This document shows positions 14,551 to 33,286 of a stretch of DNA of 64,000 nt, piece after piece. Source of the DNA: Chrysomallon squamiferum (lineage: Eukaryota; Animalia; Mollusca); NCBI GenBank assembly GCA_012295275.1, contig CM022671.1, positions 29,016,001 through 29,080,000 on the forward strand, written 5' to 3'. Position 1 is the first letter of the stretch, and every line of letters begins with the position of its first letter. Below the pieces are notes generated by a model. The model was given only the letters and a program-made list of their open reading frames with translations. It searched no databases and was not told the origin of the DNA. The translations under genes were made by a program, and so were the position numbers.

Positions 14551-15864
14551 CCCAACTAACTTTAATTCTCGATCTGATAACAACAACAAAAAAAAAAAAA
14601 AAATTATCCAATTCCAACCAGTGTGTCTCAGAGTACCATTTTCTTGCTAATGAAATGAATAGCTGGCTTGACAATTAAGTGGTGCAAATGCTGTCACACT
14701 GGAGGGCGAAACTGTGTTGTCTGCAGTGCAGTTAGTTACCGAGACAACTGACGTAGACTAATTATCTTTCACTTGTGTTATTTGGAGCTGAAGATGGCTG
14801 TGTCTCTACCCACCCCAGGGTGTAAGATGAGGCCGCCTGCTTGCTGACTGGGACAAAAGCCGCACAGAGCCCCAGTGTCTGCAGTACAGACAGAAAGGAC
14901 CTCATTAACAACGTACTAAAAATACATAAAGGACATTTTAGTTAAAGATTTGGCCTTTTGGCAATTGTATCCCATTCTAACTAAAGTCCCCTTCAAGCAA
15001 CCTTTTTTTTTCTTATAATAAAAATGCCTTGTGGTGGCAGTTATACTTTTCTGATTTTCGTTGCAATTTGGGGTAAACTTTTCCTGTTCCAACTCCTGGT
15101 CCATTTTGGCGAGTTATTTCAGTTCTGGTTACTGTAGTCTTGAAATATTTATATAACAATGTGGGAACAAATATGTTAATCTGAAGCTTCAGTGGACCAG
15201 TACATGTTAGCACATATATACACAAAACACACACACACACACACACACACACAAACCTGTGTGTATTAATATACACTGAACAAACACAAAGTAAAATGTC
15301 ATGGAGAATATAAATATAAACTGATTTAAAGAATATATTTAAAAAGTCCATTTTTATATTAGATTGAAAATAATGAGATAATCCAAGATAATAATAATGC
15401 TTAAAAATATTAAATAAAAAATGTAAAATTATTATATATTTCTGAAAATGTCATAACAGGAATACTTCCTTTGCTTTACAATTCATGTGATGTCATGCTG
15501 ATCTTTATGTCTGACTTAACAGAGGAATTACATACAAAATCATTCAAGCAAATCAGTAAACTGTACAGGTAAGAAGTACACCAGGTAATTTCTGGGAACC
15601 TATGGGGAAGATTTTTATTTTTAGGTCACAGCAAGGATAAATATTCGCCTGTTTTTTTTTTTTTTTTTTTTTTTTTCAGCCAAAGCAAAGTTTTGAAGAA
15701 TTGATACTCTGTGTTACAAGTTGTAACAGTTTTAGATGTTAATACAAAGTAGTAAAGTGAAAGTACATAAATAATTAAATGAGGCTTTCTCTGTTTTATT
15801 TATTTATTTATTACTATTGTTTTGTACTTTTTTGTTTTTACTGTTCTTCTTTATCACTGCCTTG

Positions 15865-15926
<62 letters not shown>

Positions 15927-16584
15927 GTTCTGTTTATTATTATTTTTTCCTCTGTAACTGGGTCTTAATATATGTCTGATGATTAAAGGCTGGTACATAT
16001 GTGCTGAATGAATAAGTAAATGTATGAATAATAGCCAGCCTTTGAAGCATTTTCCCAAAAAATAATATCTGAACAGATTAACAAAATATTAAAAAACCAA
16101 ATATCCATTTTAATTATAGTATGGAGGATGGATGAAAAAACAGGCCTATGAATGGATGGAAGAATAAATTCAAGAATAGGCAGATAAAAAGATTCACTGA
16201 AGGATGAATAAGCAAGGGTACAAAATTTTAATAATAATATTTGTAAAAATAATACTGGATACAGACTACATTCAGACAATGAAAATTTTGAAAAATGAAT
16301 ATAAAAAAAAACACATTTACTTACCTTTTTTAACAATGTGTTTTTCACCTGTAGACATTGTACTCTTGTTTATCTCAGCTCGTTTGAGGTGAACAACAAG
16401 TTAATAAACAACTCTGCATCTTCACTGTAACCTGACAACCCCACACAGACACAGTGTATCTGTAAACAGTACCCACTGTAAACACTGTACCCACAATCCA
16501 CACAGTAAACACTGTACCCACAATCCACACAGTATCCACTTCTTAAACAGTATCCATGTGTTATTTACACTGTATTAACAGTGC

Positions 16585-16825
16585 ACCCACTCCTTGAACT
16601 GTATCCCTTTCTAAAACAGTACCCACTTCTTAAATTGTATCCCTTTCTAAAACAGAACCCACTTCTTAAATTGTATCCCTTTCTAAAACAGAACCCTCTT
16701 CTTAAATTGTATTCCTTTCTAAAACAGTACCCTCTTCTTAAATTGTAACCCTTTCTAAAACAGTACCCACTTCTTAAATTGTATTCCTTTCTAAAACAGT
16801 GCCCAGTTCTTAATCTGTACCCACT
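16585..16825. repeat. 36-bp minisatellite, about 6-7 copies (acccacttcttaaattgtatccctttctaaaacagt), with degenerate related flanks about 16440-16960
   Basis: Units at 16621, 16657 and onward. Confidence 0.9.
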
Positions 16826-17687
16826 ATGTACACTGTATCTAGTAATTAAACTGTACCCACTGTATAGCCTGAACTCACTATCTGTTCAAACTGCATCCAG
16901 TGTTTAAAACATCCCAGCTATTTGATATCAGTCTGATGCACCCACTGATTAAACTGAACCCACTGTTCCCATCTCTGCCTGCACACATTCTCAGTTTACC
17001 TGCCAGGGTACACCAACACGTGTACCTAGGCTGTGGGTTTTTGTCCACACAGAGACAGAACAATTACAGGTTGACTGTTTGATAAAATCAAAACCCGGGC
17101 AGAGGCAAAATCTGATCTGTCAGAAATGATCCCGTTTTCCACTCGGAGTGTAAATCCCGTATTATGTGTGAGTGTGTCAGATCAGCTTTACTCAACCAGC
17201 CAGCAGGTCACACACATCCAGGGTCTCTGTTTTCAACAGCAGATTCAAACTGGGCTGGGGGGAAATTCAGTCGCCAACTTTATGAGTAGACATAAACTGG
17301 ACCAAGTTCAGTGACCATTTTGTGAGTTGATTAAAAACAAATAGATTCAGTCACAAGTTTTATGAGTAGATTAAAAATTGACAGGTTCCGTCACCTTTTC
17401 ATGAACAGATGTAAATTAGAAATATTAAAACTTTGATGAAAATCCTTTCCAGGAAATTGTTTTACTGTTACTGAACAAAACAAATAAACAAACATTAGAA
17501 AGAGTTAATGTTTCTATTCAGGAAATAAAAAGGAAAAAAGAAAAAATGAGTAAAAATAAAAGCACAAACTATACTGAAAATTATTTCCTTTTCAGAAAAA
17601 TATTCTGCTTCAGTAAAAGAACACAAAAAACTTTGTTTTCCTTCTTGAATCAAAACAGATAAAGCAAAACTGTATCCAGAAAATACT

Positions 17688-18118
17688 TTGTCAACACTAG
17701 GTTTTTAAAACAGTTGTCAACACTAGGTTTTTAAAACAGTTGTCAACACTAGATTTTTTAAAACAGTTGTCAACACTAGATTTTTAAAAACAGTTGTCAA
17801 CACTAGGTTTTTAAAACAGTTGTCAACACTAGATGTTTAAACCAGTTGTCAACACTAGATTTTTAAACCAGTTGTCAACACTAGATTTTTAAAAACAGTT
17901 GTCAACACTAGGTTTTTAAAACAGTTGTCAACACTAGATTTTTAAAACAGTTGTCAACACTAGATTTTTAAAACAGTTGTCAACACTAGATTTTTAAAAC
18001 AGTTGTCAACACTAGATTTTTAAAACAGTTGTCAACACTAGATGTTTAAACCAGTTGTCAACACTAGACTTTTAAAACACTTTTGTCAACACTAGATTTT
18101 AAAACCAGTTGTCAACAC
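17688..18118. repeat. About 26-bp minisatellite, about 16 copies (ttgtcaacactagatttttaaaacag)
   Basis: Direct tandem repetition with small length changes in the T/A runs. Confidence 0.95.
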
Positions 18119-18792
18119 ACAGTTGCCTGTAGATGTCACTGTCTGTCTCTCACCCTCTCTGTCGCCAGTGACAATTCAATTCTGCAAGTATTCCGCCACG
18201 ACCAATAAAACGTTTTCCGCTAATATTTCCTGTTACCTTAAAGGCTGTATTTCAGCACAATGCCAAGTCTCATTATTGCCCGCTGCTTTTAATATTCCAT
18301 TGTCACATGAACTTTAAGGAATGGCAATTTTCTCCCAAGGCATTCGGGAACAGTCGCAGAATTTCTACCCCCATGCCATGTAGTGTTTTCATGGACTTTT
18401 GTCAATTAGAAATCAATATTCAATAGCAAGGCTGAGTAATGAAGCGAAGGTGGTAACAAAACTGGCGTTTTTATTTGACGGTTGAAAATCAAATCATCTT
18501 TCTCTCATTTAATGTGCCGTTCAGTACGAGTTTGTATGCTGCATGGAGAGGTTGATATCCACTGTATTCCACATCTCTGTGTATAGTGTCAGTATTTTTG
18601 TGTGTGTGTGTGTGTGTTGTTTGGTTTGGTTTCAGGGTTTAGGTTGTTTATTTTGTTTTTTAAATATTTATTTATATATAAAGCAAAATGATTAAACATA
18701 GAGGTATTTAGTAGGGATCTTTGTTTGATTGTTTGTTTGATGTGTTTATTATTAGTTTTTGTTGGGTTTTAAAACTATATTTACTTATTTGT

Positions 18793-18831
<39 letters not shown>

Positions 18832-19149
18832 TTAGTAGTAGTATTTGTGGAGGAGGGTGTGTCTATATTGCTTTTTTTTAAAATTTTAATTCAGAAAATA
18901 TATACAAATTTTATTTATTATTATTTTATTTTTTTTTAATGACAGAAGAAATACAGGTTTAATTCTGGCCTATATGCAGTATCTCTATAACAACAGTAAC
19001 AGGGCAAAATGACAGCATTATGATTCTCTGTAACAGTTTTATTATGAGTGATGACAGGTCATCCAAAACAGTAGAATAATAAAGTTAGAAGTATAAATAG
19101 TTTGTTAGACCTTTCACATGAGACTAACCCAGAACTACCATTTTTAAAA

Positions 19150-21720
19150 TCAGACTAAGTTACCACTATTCATACCAGACTAGGTCAAGTCTAAAACCAT
19201 TCACTTCAGACTAAGTCAAGTTTATTGATATTCATACCATACTAAGTCAAATCTACAATTATTCATATCAGACTAAGTCAAGGCTACAACCATTTATACC
19301 AGACTAAGTCAGTTCCACAACCATTTGTACCAGACTAAGACAAGTCTACAACCATTCATACCAGACTAAGTCAGTTCCACAACCATTTGTACCAGACTAA
19401 GACAAGTCTACAACCATTCATACCAGACTAAGTCAGTTCCACAACCATTTGTACCAGACTAAGACAAGTCTACAACCATTCATACCAGACTAAGTCAAGT
19501 CTACAACCATTCCTACCAGACTAAGTCAAGTCTACAACCATTTGTACCAGACTAAGTCAAGTCTACAACCATTTGTACCAGACTAAGACAAGTCTACAAC
19601 CATTCATACCAGACTAAGTCAGTTCCACAACCATTTGTACCAGACTAAGACAAGTCTACAACCATTCATACCAGACTAAGTCAGTTCCACAACCATTTGT
19701 ACCAGACTAAGACAAGTCTACAACCATTCATACCAGACTAAGTCAAGTCTACAACCATTCATACCAGACTAAGTCAAGTCTACAACCACCAGACTAAGTC
19801 AAGTCTACAACCATTTGTACCAGACTAAGACAAGTCTACAACCATTCATACCAGACTAAGTCAGTTCCACAACCATTTGTACCAGACTAAGACAAGTCTA
19901 CAACCATTCATACCAGACTAAGTCAAGTCTACAACCATTCCTACCAGACTAAGTCGTCTACAACTATTAATACCAGACTAAGTCAAGTCCACAACTATTC
20001 ATACCAGACTAAGACAAGTCCACAACTATTCATACCAGACTAAGTCAAGTTTACAACTATTCATACCAGACTAAGACAAGTTTACAACTATTCATATCAG
20101 ACTAAGTCAAGTTTACAACTATTCATACCAGACTAAGACAAGTTTACAACTATTCATACCAGACTAAGACAAGTTTACAACTATTCATACCAGACTAAGA
20201 CAAGTTTACAACTATTCATACCAGACTAAGACAAGTTTACAACTATTCATATCAGACTAAGTCAAGTTTACAACTATTCATACCAGACTAAGACAAGTTT
20301 ACAACTATTCATACCAGACTAAGACAAGTTTACAACTATTCATACCAGACTAAGTCAAGTCCACAACTATTCATACCAGACTAAGTCAAGTTTACAACTA
20401 TTCATACCAGACTAAGTCTACAACCATTCATACCAGACTAAGTCAAGTTTACAACTATTCATACCAGACTAAGTCAAGTCCACAACTATTCATACCAGAC
20501 TAAGTCAAGTTTACAACTATTCATATCAGACTAAGTCAAGTTTACAACCATTCATACCAGACGAAGTCAAGACTGCTACCATTCATACCAGACTAAGTCA
20601 AGTTTACAACCATTCATACCAGATGAAGTCAAGACTGCTACCATTCATACCAGACTAAGTCAAGACTGCTACCATTCATACCAGACTAAGTCAAGACTGC
20701 TACCATTCATACCAGACTAAGTCAAGTTTACAACCATTCATACCAGACTAAGTCAAGACTGCTACCATTCATACCAGACTAAGTCAAGACTGCTACCATT
20801 CATACCAGTTTACAACCATTCATACCAGACTAAGTCAAGACTGCTACCATTCATACCAGACTAAGTCAAGTCTACAACCATTCATACCAGACTAAGTCAA
20901 GACTGCTACCATTCATACCAGACTAAGTCAAGACTGCCACCATTCATACCAGATGAAGTCAAGACTACAACTATTCATACCAGACTAAGTCAAGTTTACA
21001 ACTATTCATATCAGACTAAGTCAAGTTTACAACCATTCATACCAGACTAAGTCAAGACTGCTACCATTCATACCAGACTAAGTCAAGTCTACAACCATTC
21101 ATACCAGACTAAGTCAAGACTGCTACCATTCATACCAGACTAAGTCAAGACTACAACCATTCATACCAGATGAAGTCAAGACTGCTAGCATTCATACCAG
21201 ACTAAGTCAAGACTGCCACCATTCATACCAGATGAAGTCAAGACCACAACTATTCATACCAGACTAAGTCAAGTTTACAACTATTCATATCAGACTAAGT
21301 CAAGTTTACAACCATTCATACCAGACTAAGTCAAGTCCACAACTATTCATACCAGACTAAGTCAAGTCCACAACTATTCATACCAGACTAAGTCAAGTTT
21401 ACAACCATTCATATCAGACTAAGTCCAGTCTACCACCATTCATACCAGACTAAGTCAAGTTTACAACCATTCATACCAGACGAAGTCAAGACTGCTACCA
21501 TTCATACCAGACTAAGTCAAGTCTACAACCATTCATACCAGACAAAGTCCAATCTACAACCATTCATATCAGACTAAGTCAAGTCTACCATCATTCATAC
21601 CAGACTACGCCAAGTCTACCACAATTCATTCCAGACTATTAAATCTACGACCAGTCACTGCAGATCAAGTCTGCCATCATTCAAACCAGACTAAGTCCAG
21701 TCTTTCACCATTTAAACCAA
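19150..21720. repeat. 31-bp minisatellite, about 80 copies (ccagactaagtcaagtctacaaccattcata)
   Basis: Obvious tandem periodicity with variant blocks and degenerate edges. Confidence 0.97.
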
Positions 21721-22169
21721 GTCACAGCTCTCTAATAATTACTTCCTCCTGCAGAGAAGCTGATGAAACCACCAGTGTTGAAAACACACTAAGCCAGCTT
21801 ACTGTCTGTGACAGTGAAATATTTTAATAAATCTCCTTGAAAATTATTTCTCTCTCACACACATTCCTGAATGCACTGATGAAGTAGGTTTCTTAATTTA
21901 AAGGCCTCTGCAGAACAAACACAATGACTGACTGGCAGACATGCAGAAATGTTTGTTGAAAACAATGATAAAAGACCCACAGGTAGACAATAATATATAT
22001 GTATATACTGAGATAAGTGTGTACTATACAGAGGGTATATCTTTGTTTTATGTCTGTGTATATGTCTGTTTTTGTGTACATCATCTGTGTATGTGATGAG
22101 GGTAGGCATTTTTGAATGATAAATAAGTGTGAGTCTAAACATATATATGTTTTAACTATAATGTGTGTG

Positions 22170-22202
<33 letters not shown>

Positions 22203-23946
22203 CTTGTGATATGTGTGTGTCTGTGCATGCATATGGGTGTGTGTCTGTGTGTTTGTCAGTTTATGTGCTTGTGCAAAACAAACAGTAATCAGTGTGTGCA
22301 TATTTTCATACAAAAATTGATCCTCTGTTCTTTATCGCTAGAGTGCTTATTATGCCAATAGTTGGACTGACTGTTTTGAATACAGAACTGTGTAACTGGG
22401 TGAGTGGTTAGAAGGAAAAACAGATCAGTACAGACTGACAGACTGTCAGGAAACTCAAGCTCACTTAAACATTTACATCTTGGTTGAATGGTGTCTTATA
22501 TCACAAATATAAGTATTTACAATACAGTCATACAGATTAATTAAACGGTTGGTGTGTCTGAAGGTATGTATTCTGTATGTGTGAATATGTGTAGGGTATT
22601 GATGTTCATTTCTCTGTACAGTTGTGTACACTATTAATTTCCTATAACTTAATCCAGTTTATCCAGTATACAAGCATTTTGCCAGTCCCCGCTAAAACAA
22701 ACAAATAACAAGAAGATTAATTGTCTGGTTTGGTGTACATGACTGCACAAGGCACACTGTACAAGTTGTGGCTGGTTCTGTAATATGGGAAACATTTTAC
22801 ATTTTATTCTGTGTAAATTGTTATTATTAATATTATGGTCATATCTGAAAGGACTAACTTAATGTATTCTTAATACTGTCTTCATAATAAAATAAAATTA
22901 ATAAATTATTTTTTTTAAATAATATTTTAATTAACAATATATATATATATATATATATTGAATTTTTGACTTACATTAAAAACATACACACATACACACA
23001 CACATATATAGATAGATAAATAGATAGATAGACAGACAGACAGGTAGATAGATAGGTAGTACGTAGATTACAGATTTTACTATAAAATTCTGAAATGTAT
23101 AAAGACCACTATTTACATTGTTGTTTTACTAACCTGCCAACCAACTAACATAAAAATACATACACAGTAAATAAATTATTCTATGTTACTCTAACACCAT
23201 TAATCACTGATATGAAAAAAAAGTGAGAGACCAGAGCCTTTTTTTTATTTCACTAATATCTTAACTAACCTTTTATTTAATATGCATTGTATTGTTTAAT
23301 ATGAACATTTCAGATGCATGAAACAACAATAATAAACATACACACACCAAAAAAGTAACAAAAACCAAATGGAAAACCATCCAAACCCCCCAGAAAACAC
23401 AAACACACAAAAAGAAAAAGCAAAAGAAAAAAGAAAAATTCAGAAACAACATGTTACAGTTAATTAAATAAAAAATCAGAGCCACTGGCCAAATATTAGA
23501 CCAGTATGCAAGCAAAACAATTTCCACCAAATCAAGATATTTTTTGTCTTTTCTTTATTAAACAAATAAGACAAAAACAGGCACTGAGCTTTCAGAAATA
23601 TTACCACAAGAAAGAAAAAAAAAATTAAAATTAAAATGTACTCAGATTCTCATGGGAAATAACTGGTTTAAAAAAAATAACAAGAAGAAAAAAAAAAAAA
23701 AAAAATTATATATATATTTTTTTTCATTCTTTGTAGATATAATGAACCTAATGATCATTAGCGGTTTGTCACTGCTGTGGTAGTCAACTCTGGTTTGAAA
23801 ATGTGGGTTGTACAATATTAATGTGAAATATCAGAAAATATGAAACAGTAGCAAGTTCTTGTATTAGAGAATCACTGCTGTCACATAAACCAGTTACTGA
23901 GAGAAATCTCTGCACTGTGGTCAAATAACTGTTTTTGTGGGGAACT

Positions 23947-24240
23947 GGGTGAAGGGCAGGTTTAGCTGTTGTTTGGGTGAGCAGATTTGATGTTTTGTTG
24001 TTGTAGTTTAGGGTTTTTAGGTGGAAGGGTTTGTTTTGTTGTTGTTTAAGGGTGAAGGGTTTGTTTTGTTGTTGTTTAAGGGTGAAGGGCAGGTTTAGCT
24101 GTTGTTTGGGTGAGCAGATTTGATGTTTTGTTGTTGTAGTTTAGGGTTTTTAGGTGGAAGGGTTTGTTTTGTTGTTGTTTGAAGGGTTTGTTTTGTTGTT
24201 GTTTAAGGGTGGAAGGGCTGGTTTTGTTGTTGTTTTAGGG
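23947..24240. repeat. 133-bp tandem duplication built from GT-rich sub-repeats
   Basis: gggtgaagggcaggtttagctg at 23947 and 24080. Confidence 0.85.
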
Positions 24241-24433
24241 GTTTCATAGTTTCAGGGTTTGTTTATTTCTTTCTGTTTAAATGTTTGTATTCTTTTCAAT
24301 TTTTGATTTACCTATTTTTTTTTTAATTTATATATGTTTGTGTGTGAGTATGTGTGTGTGTATGTGTGTGTGTGTTTACGTACTCAATTTTATTTTGTTT
24401 TTACTTAATTTTTAATTAATTATATTTCATTAT

Positions 24434-24477
<44 letters not shown>

Positions 24478-25041
24478 TTTGTTTGTTTGTTTGTTTGTTT
24501 GTTTGTTTGTTTGTTTATTTTTTGTTTGTTTTGTTCACTTCCTTGTTTGTTTAATGGTTAAAAACATGCATTCACTTTATTTTAGAACTTCTACAATTAT
24601 TTTTTATATAATTAAAATAAAAAAATTATTTGTGGTTTAATTATCATTGTAATCTTATGGTTTGAATGAAAAACTCAGCGTTTTCATTTTGGCCTCGAGC
24701 AAATGTCAAACCCTTGAACAGTCGAATGCATGAACGAAAATAACCTTAAATTTAGAGAAATAAAATAACCAATAAAAAAAATTAGAGTGCCCCAAGAAAT
24801 AATTTGCAGTTAAAACATAATGTCACCAATGTCCTTCAGTACATGTGGCATTTAGTTGATTTTTAAAACAAAGGTTGAGATTTGTACTACAAACGTAAAG
24901 AAGAAGAAGAAGAAGAAGAAAAGTAACTGATAAAAGATTCATGCATACATGTGCATGCTTATTGAAACACATATATAAAACAAATGTTTCCTTACAAAGA
25001 AAGAACTGCATAGAAATACCCATGAACAGAGATATAGAAAG

Positions 25042-25497
25042 ACACACACACACACACATACACAAACACACACATACATACACACATACAAACGCACACA
25101 CACACACATACAAACACACACACATACATACACACACATACATATACACATACAAACGCACACACACACATACAAACACACACACATACAAACACACACA
25201 TACATACACACATACAAATGCACACATACATACACACATACAAACGCACACACATACATACACACACATACAAACACACACATACAAACACACACACATA
25301 CACACACATACATACACACATACAAACGCACACACACACATACAAACACACACACATACATACACACACATACATATACACACACATACACACACATACA
25401 CACACATAAACACACACATAAATACACACATACAAACGCACACACACACACACACATACAAACACACACACACACACACACATACATACACACACAC

Positions 25498-25530
<33 letters not shown>

Positions 25531-25540
25531 CACATACACA
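25042..25540. repeat. Compound CA/TACA/CAAA microsatellite
   Basis: Direct inspection. Confidence 0.95.
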
Positions 25541-25809
25541 CTAATGCATTTATTTCTAAAATGTCTGGATATCAAAATCAATGTAAAACAATAAAAACAT
25601 AAATAAAAAAAGACAATATTATAAATAACAACAACAACAACAACAACAACAATAATAACAATAATGTATACTTTTACTGTTTCTTTTTCCCAGACAGATA
25701 TAATTGTATTTTCAAAACAAATACACATAAAGTACAATCAGTGTATTGTAATACATTACATTAAATAAGCATTTGTTAAAACTTTTAAAAATATATATAT
25801 ATATATATG

Positions 25810-29610
<3,801 letters not shown>

Positions 29611-30494
29611 TTACCAAACTGAATAAATATAATCTTTGTTCATAAACATGTCAATGATTAAAAATAATATACTAATATTAATAATGAAAAAATAGATATA
29701 TAGATAATCTGATAAACACAGCCAATTTTTTTTTAATCTGCTACCCAGCAAACTGAACAGTAACTTCACAAACCTCACAAACAAAACAAGAACAAAATAC
29801 ACTCTATGGCAGCAATATCATTGATTACTTAAAAGTGTTTTTTGCAAAATGTTATTGCAAATCCAATAATCATAACCTTGTCTTCGCCATACCAGACTTG
29901 CCATGATCTCCCCAACAATAACTTACTTCTCAAACAAAAAAACCACACAAAACACACACTTTCTATGCCAACAATATCATTGATTACTGAAATTATTCTG
30001 TTAAAATGTATCGATCTCTTAAAAGCATTATTTCACCTCTTTAAGCAGCACCTTGTTCTGTTGGGTTTTTTTGTTGTTGTTTTTCAATCTCTGTTCGTAT
30101 GTATAATCACTGAGAGAGAAAGAAAGAAAAAAGAACGAAAGTTTGGGGTCAAAAGAAAAAGAAAAAAAATATATATATATTTATTAAAACCCATTTGCCA
30201 TCAAGCATCATCAGTATTCTCCATCTGGGGTTATTTCGTGTTGGTCAGAAGGAAATGTGTAAGAATCCGTGGAATCAATCTCTTTGTCTGGCTGCCTCTC
30301 CTGTGACTTCCGGAGAATCACCAGATGAACAGGACATCATCAATCCGCCCACAAAAGGATTTTGCTCCGCAGCGCTGGCCAACACTGAACATTACAGCAT
30401 CGAGAGTCCCGCAAGAGCAGAAACTGTCATAACTGAGAACACTTGATTACGATTAATTAAAACCATCTCACTCGGCAGAACGGTTTTTGTCTTG

Positions 30495-30726
30495 TTGTTG
30501 TTGTTGTAGCTGTTGTGGTGAGGTTTTGGTGATGCTTGTGGAAACAAGGGGGGGGATCAAGATAGAAGATATTAATTTGTATTTAAGAGATTTTGTTTTT
30601 GTATACGGTTGATAATATGTTGTTGTTGTAGCTGTTGTGGTGATGTTTTTGGTGAGGTTCATGGAAACAAGAGGGGGGGATCAAGATAGAAGATATTAAT
30701 TTGTATTTAAGAGATTTTGTTTTTGT
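30495..30726. repeat. About 122-bp tandem duplication
   Basis: ggaaacaag..gggatcaagatagaagatattaatttgtatttaagagattttg occurs twice. Confidence 0.85.
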
Positions 30727-30948
30727 TTATTATAAAGTAGATAATATGTTACTGTTGTTATTATTATTACTTTTCTAGTGTGTGTGAAATTATAATTACT
30801 ATTATTATTATTATTATTATTATTATTGTGTATTCATAATAACAACAATGATATTTTCACACACAAGCACTCATGCACACACACACACATGGATAAAATC
30901 TACAGGCACAATTACATAATACTATACTGTACCTGCAAATGTACCAGA

Positions 30949-30993
<45 letters not shown>

Positions 30994-32634
30994 CGTGTGT
31001 GTGTGGGTGGGTGGGTGTGTTTGTTTTTGAAATTTGTATTATTAGTTTTATCTCTGTGAGTATGTCTGTATATTCAGATAATGAAAAAACACAAACAGTG
31101 TTAATATACTAAACTGTATGAAAATATTTTATCAGATTTTAAAATTCATTCAAGGAAAAAAAACAGTCCTCCTTGAGAACAATCACCTGCTATGTCTAAG
31201 CCTGCTATCAGATGTTACAGTCAAGGATAAAGACAAGAAACATTAATTTAATTACAAAATATGATCATTATTAATTATCTGCACAAACAAAAGCAAAGAT
31301 TTCTGCAGTTTTATGATGTCCCTCAGCAAGACTTTTATAATTTTATTATATTATTATTATTATCATTATTATTATTAAATCCAAATAATTATAACTGGTT
31401 TTCAGGTTTTAAGCTGTGTTATAATTAAAACAAATTAACAGTTATGTTGAGAAAAAAAAAAAAAAATGTCTGTTTACTCTTTTCCAGTAATTATGTAAAT
31501 CTTAATTAAAAATAATAATACTTAATATGAAGTTACCTCTGTGTGTGTGTGTGTGTTTGTGTGTACATATGTATGTATACATGTATGAATGTGTTTTTGG
31601 CTGTAAGCAAAAACCTAAAACAGATGAATCGTAAAAGAAAACAAAAAAAGAAAGAAAGAAAGAAAAGACCACAAAGTAAACAGTGTTTATCTGAACATCC
31701 ATTGACAAGAATGCTGAAGAAAAAATTAGTGTTTCAATAAATAACAGCAATTTATAACACTAAAATTGCTTGCTGCTAATAACATTTTGTACCTGATTTA
31801 TACTAGAAAGATGTATTTATTATGTCATCAATCTTCAAATATTATAAAACAAAAAAATCCCCCAAAAATCCCATTATCACCAGAGTTCGTAAGTCAAAAT
31901 ATCTAGAAAACAATTCAAACCAATTTTTCTTCTTCATTTATGAAAATTAATATTTATCGATTTTTTAGAAGGATGGGAAAAATAAATAAACAAAGCAGAA
32001 TGGTGAAACTGATATCTGTAAAGGGTTTATATTAAATTACTTAGCTCATGAATCTGTAACTATGGTAACTAACAAATGCAATTAACAGAAGACAAAAAAA
32101 CAGCAAACAAAAGTCCAAATAAAATGTTATGAACATATATTATATAGAAATAAAGTAGCATGAATTTTTTTTATACTCTAAATTGGTTTTCCTTTGAAAA
32201 AAGAAAGAGTGATTTTTCTTCTTATTATTATTATTATATTTATAATTATATTATTATTTATCATTATTAATAATATTATTATATTATTATATTAATATTA
32301 TTATTATTATTATTATTAATTGTTATTGCTACTATTATTTTAAATGCAGCAGTTGTGGTAATAATAGTAGAATGTTGAAAAAAATGTTCAAGTAGTACTA
32401 CTACTGGTACTAGTAGATACATCATAGTAGTAGGAGCGATAGTAATACTAGTAGTTATTTATTTATTTATATATCAAAACATTGACAACAGTAACTTAGC
32501 AGTATGACCTAGTTTGCTTTAAATCTTAAAACAATTTATATCTTTTTTATTATTATTCAGCTGACATAATTAAGATGTGGGAAATAACTTTTATGGTACA
32601 TTTTCAGCGATACATAATAAAACAAAGAACATCT

Positions 32635-32711
<77 letters not shown>

Positions 32712-33252
32712 AATGAAAAAAAATACATGTGTATTTTTTTCTATTAATACATAAGTATTCAGTATTGATGCTGGCATGTCATTCGTAACATTTTAGAATT
32801 AATTTTTATTAAGTACATTTAAACTTATGTCAAATTATATTAAAATCTGAAAACTTGTTTTTAAAATTTGTGCTGCTAAAAGTATGTAAATTTTGAAAAA
32901 AGGTTTTCCAAAAAAAAAAATTAAGTTTTAAATGATTTTTAAAGTTCTGTTTGTAAATAGATGTTTGTAACAGAAAGAGCTTTTTTTATCAACAGCCAAG
33001 AATTTTGTTTTCATCAGAGAACTTTTAAATTCACCATCCCACTGAAAGGAGAGCAATCAAAGCAGGCTAGTGGCAATGGAATGAACTGGTACGACACAGT
33101 GGACACACTCTATACAGACCATTCTCAAACAATTAACAACAAGGGATCTTTTAAATACACCTTCCCCTAAACATAAATATATATGCATACATACATACAT
33201 ACATACATACGTACATACATATGTAAATACATACATACATACGTACGTACAC

Positions 33253-33286
<34 letters not shown>

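Noticed and set aside
19150-21720. CRISPR-like regular repeats here and at 17688, 34100, 36280 and 57660
   Set aside because: Head-to-tail tandem units with no unique spacers, no cas genes and a eukaryotic intronic context.
24005-24242. TTTAGGG telomere-like motifs
   Set aside because: Isolated copies within a GT-rich duplication, not a tandem telomeric array.
29615-29802. Minus-strand donor TTTG|gtaagt at 29615/29614 followed by (CA)n
   Set aside because: The upstream ORF ends in phase 2, incompatible with the 12233 exon, and the phase-1 frame is closed by a stop; a non-coding exon cannot be excluded but is unsupported.
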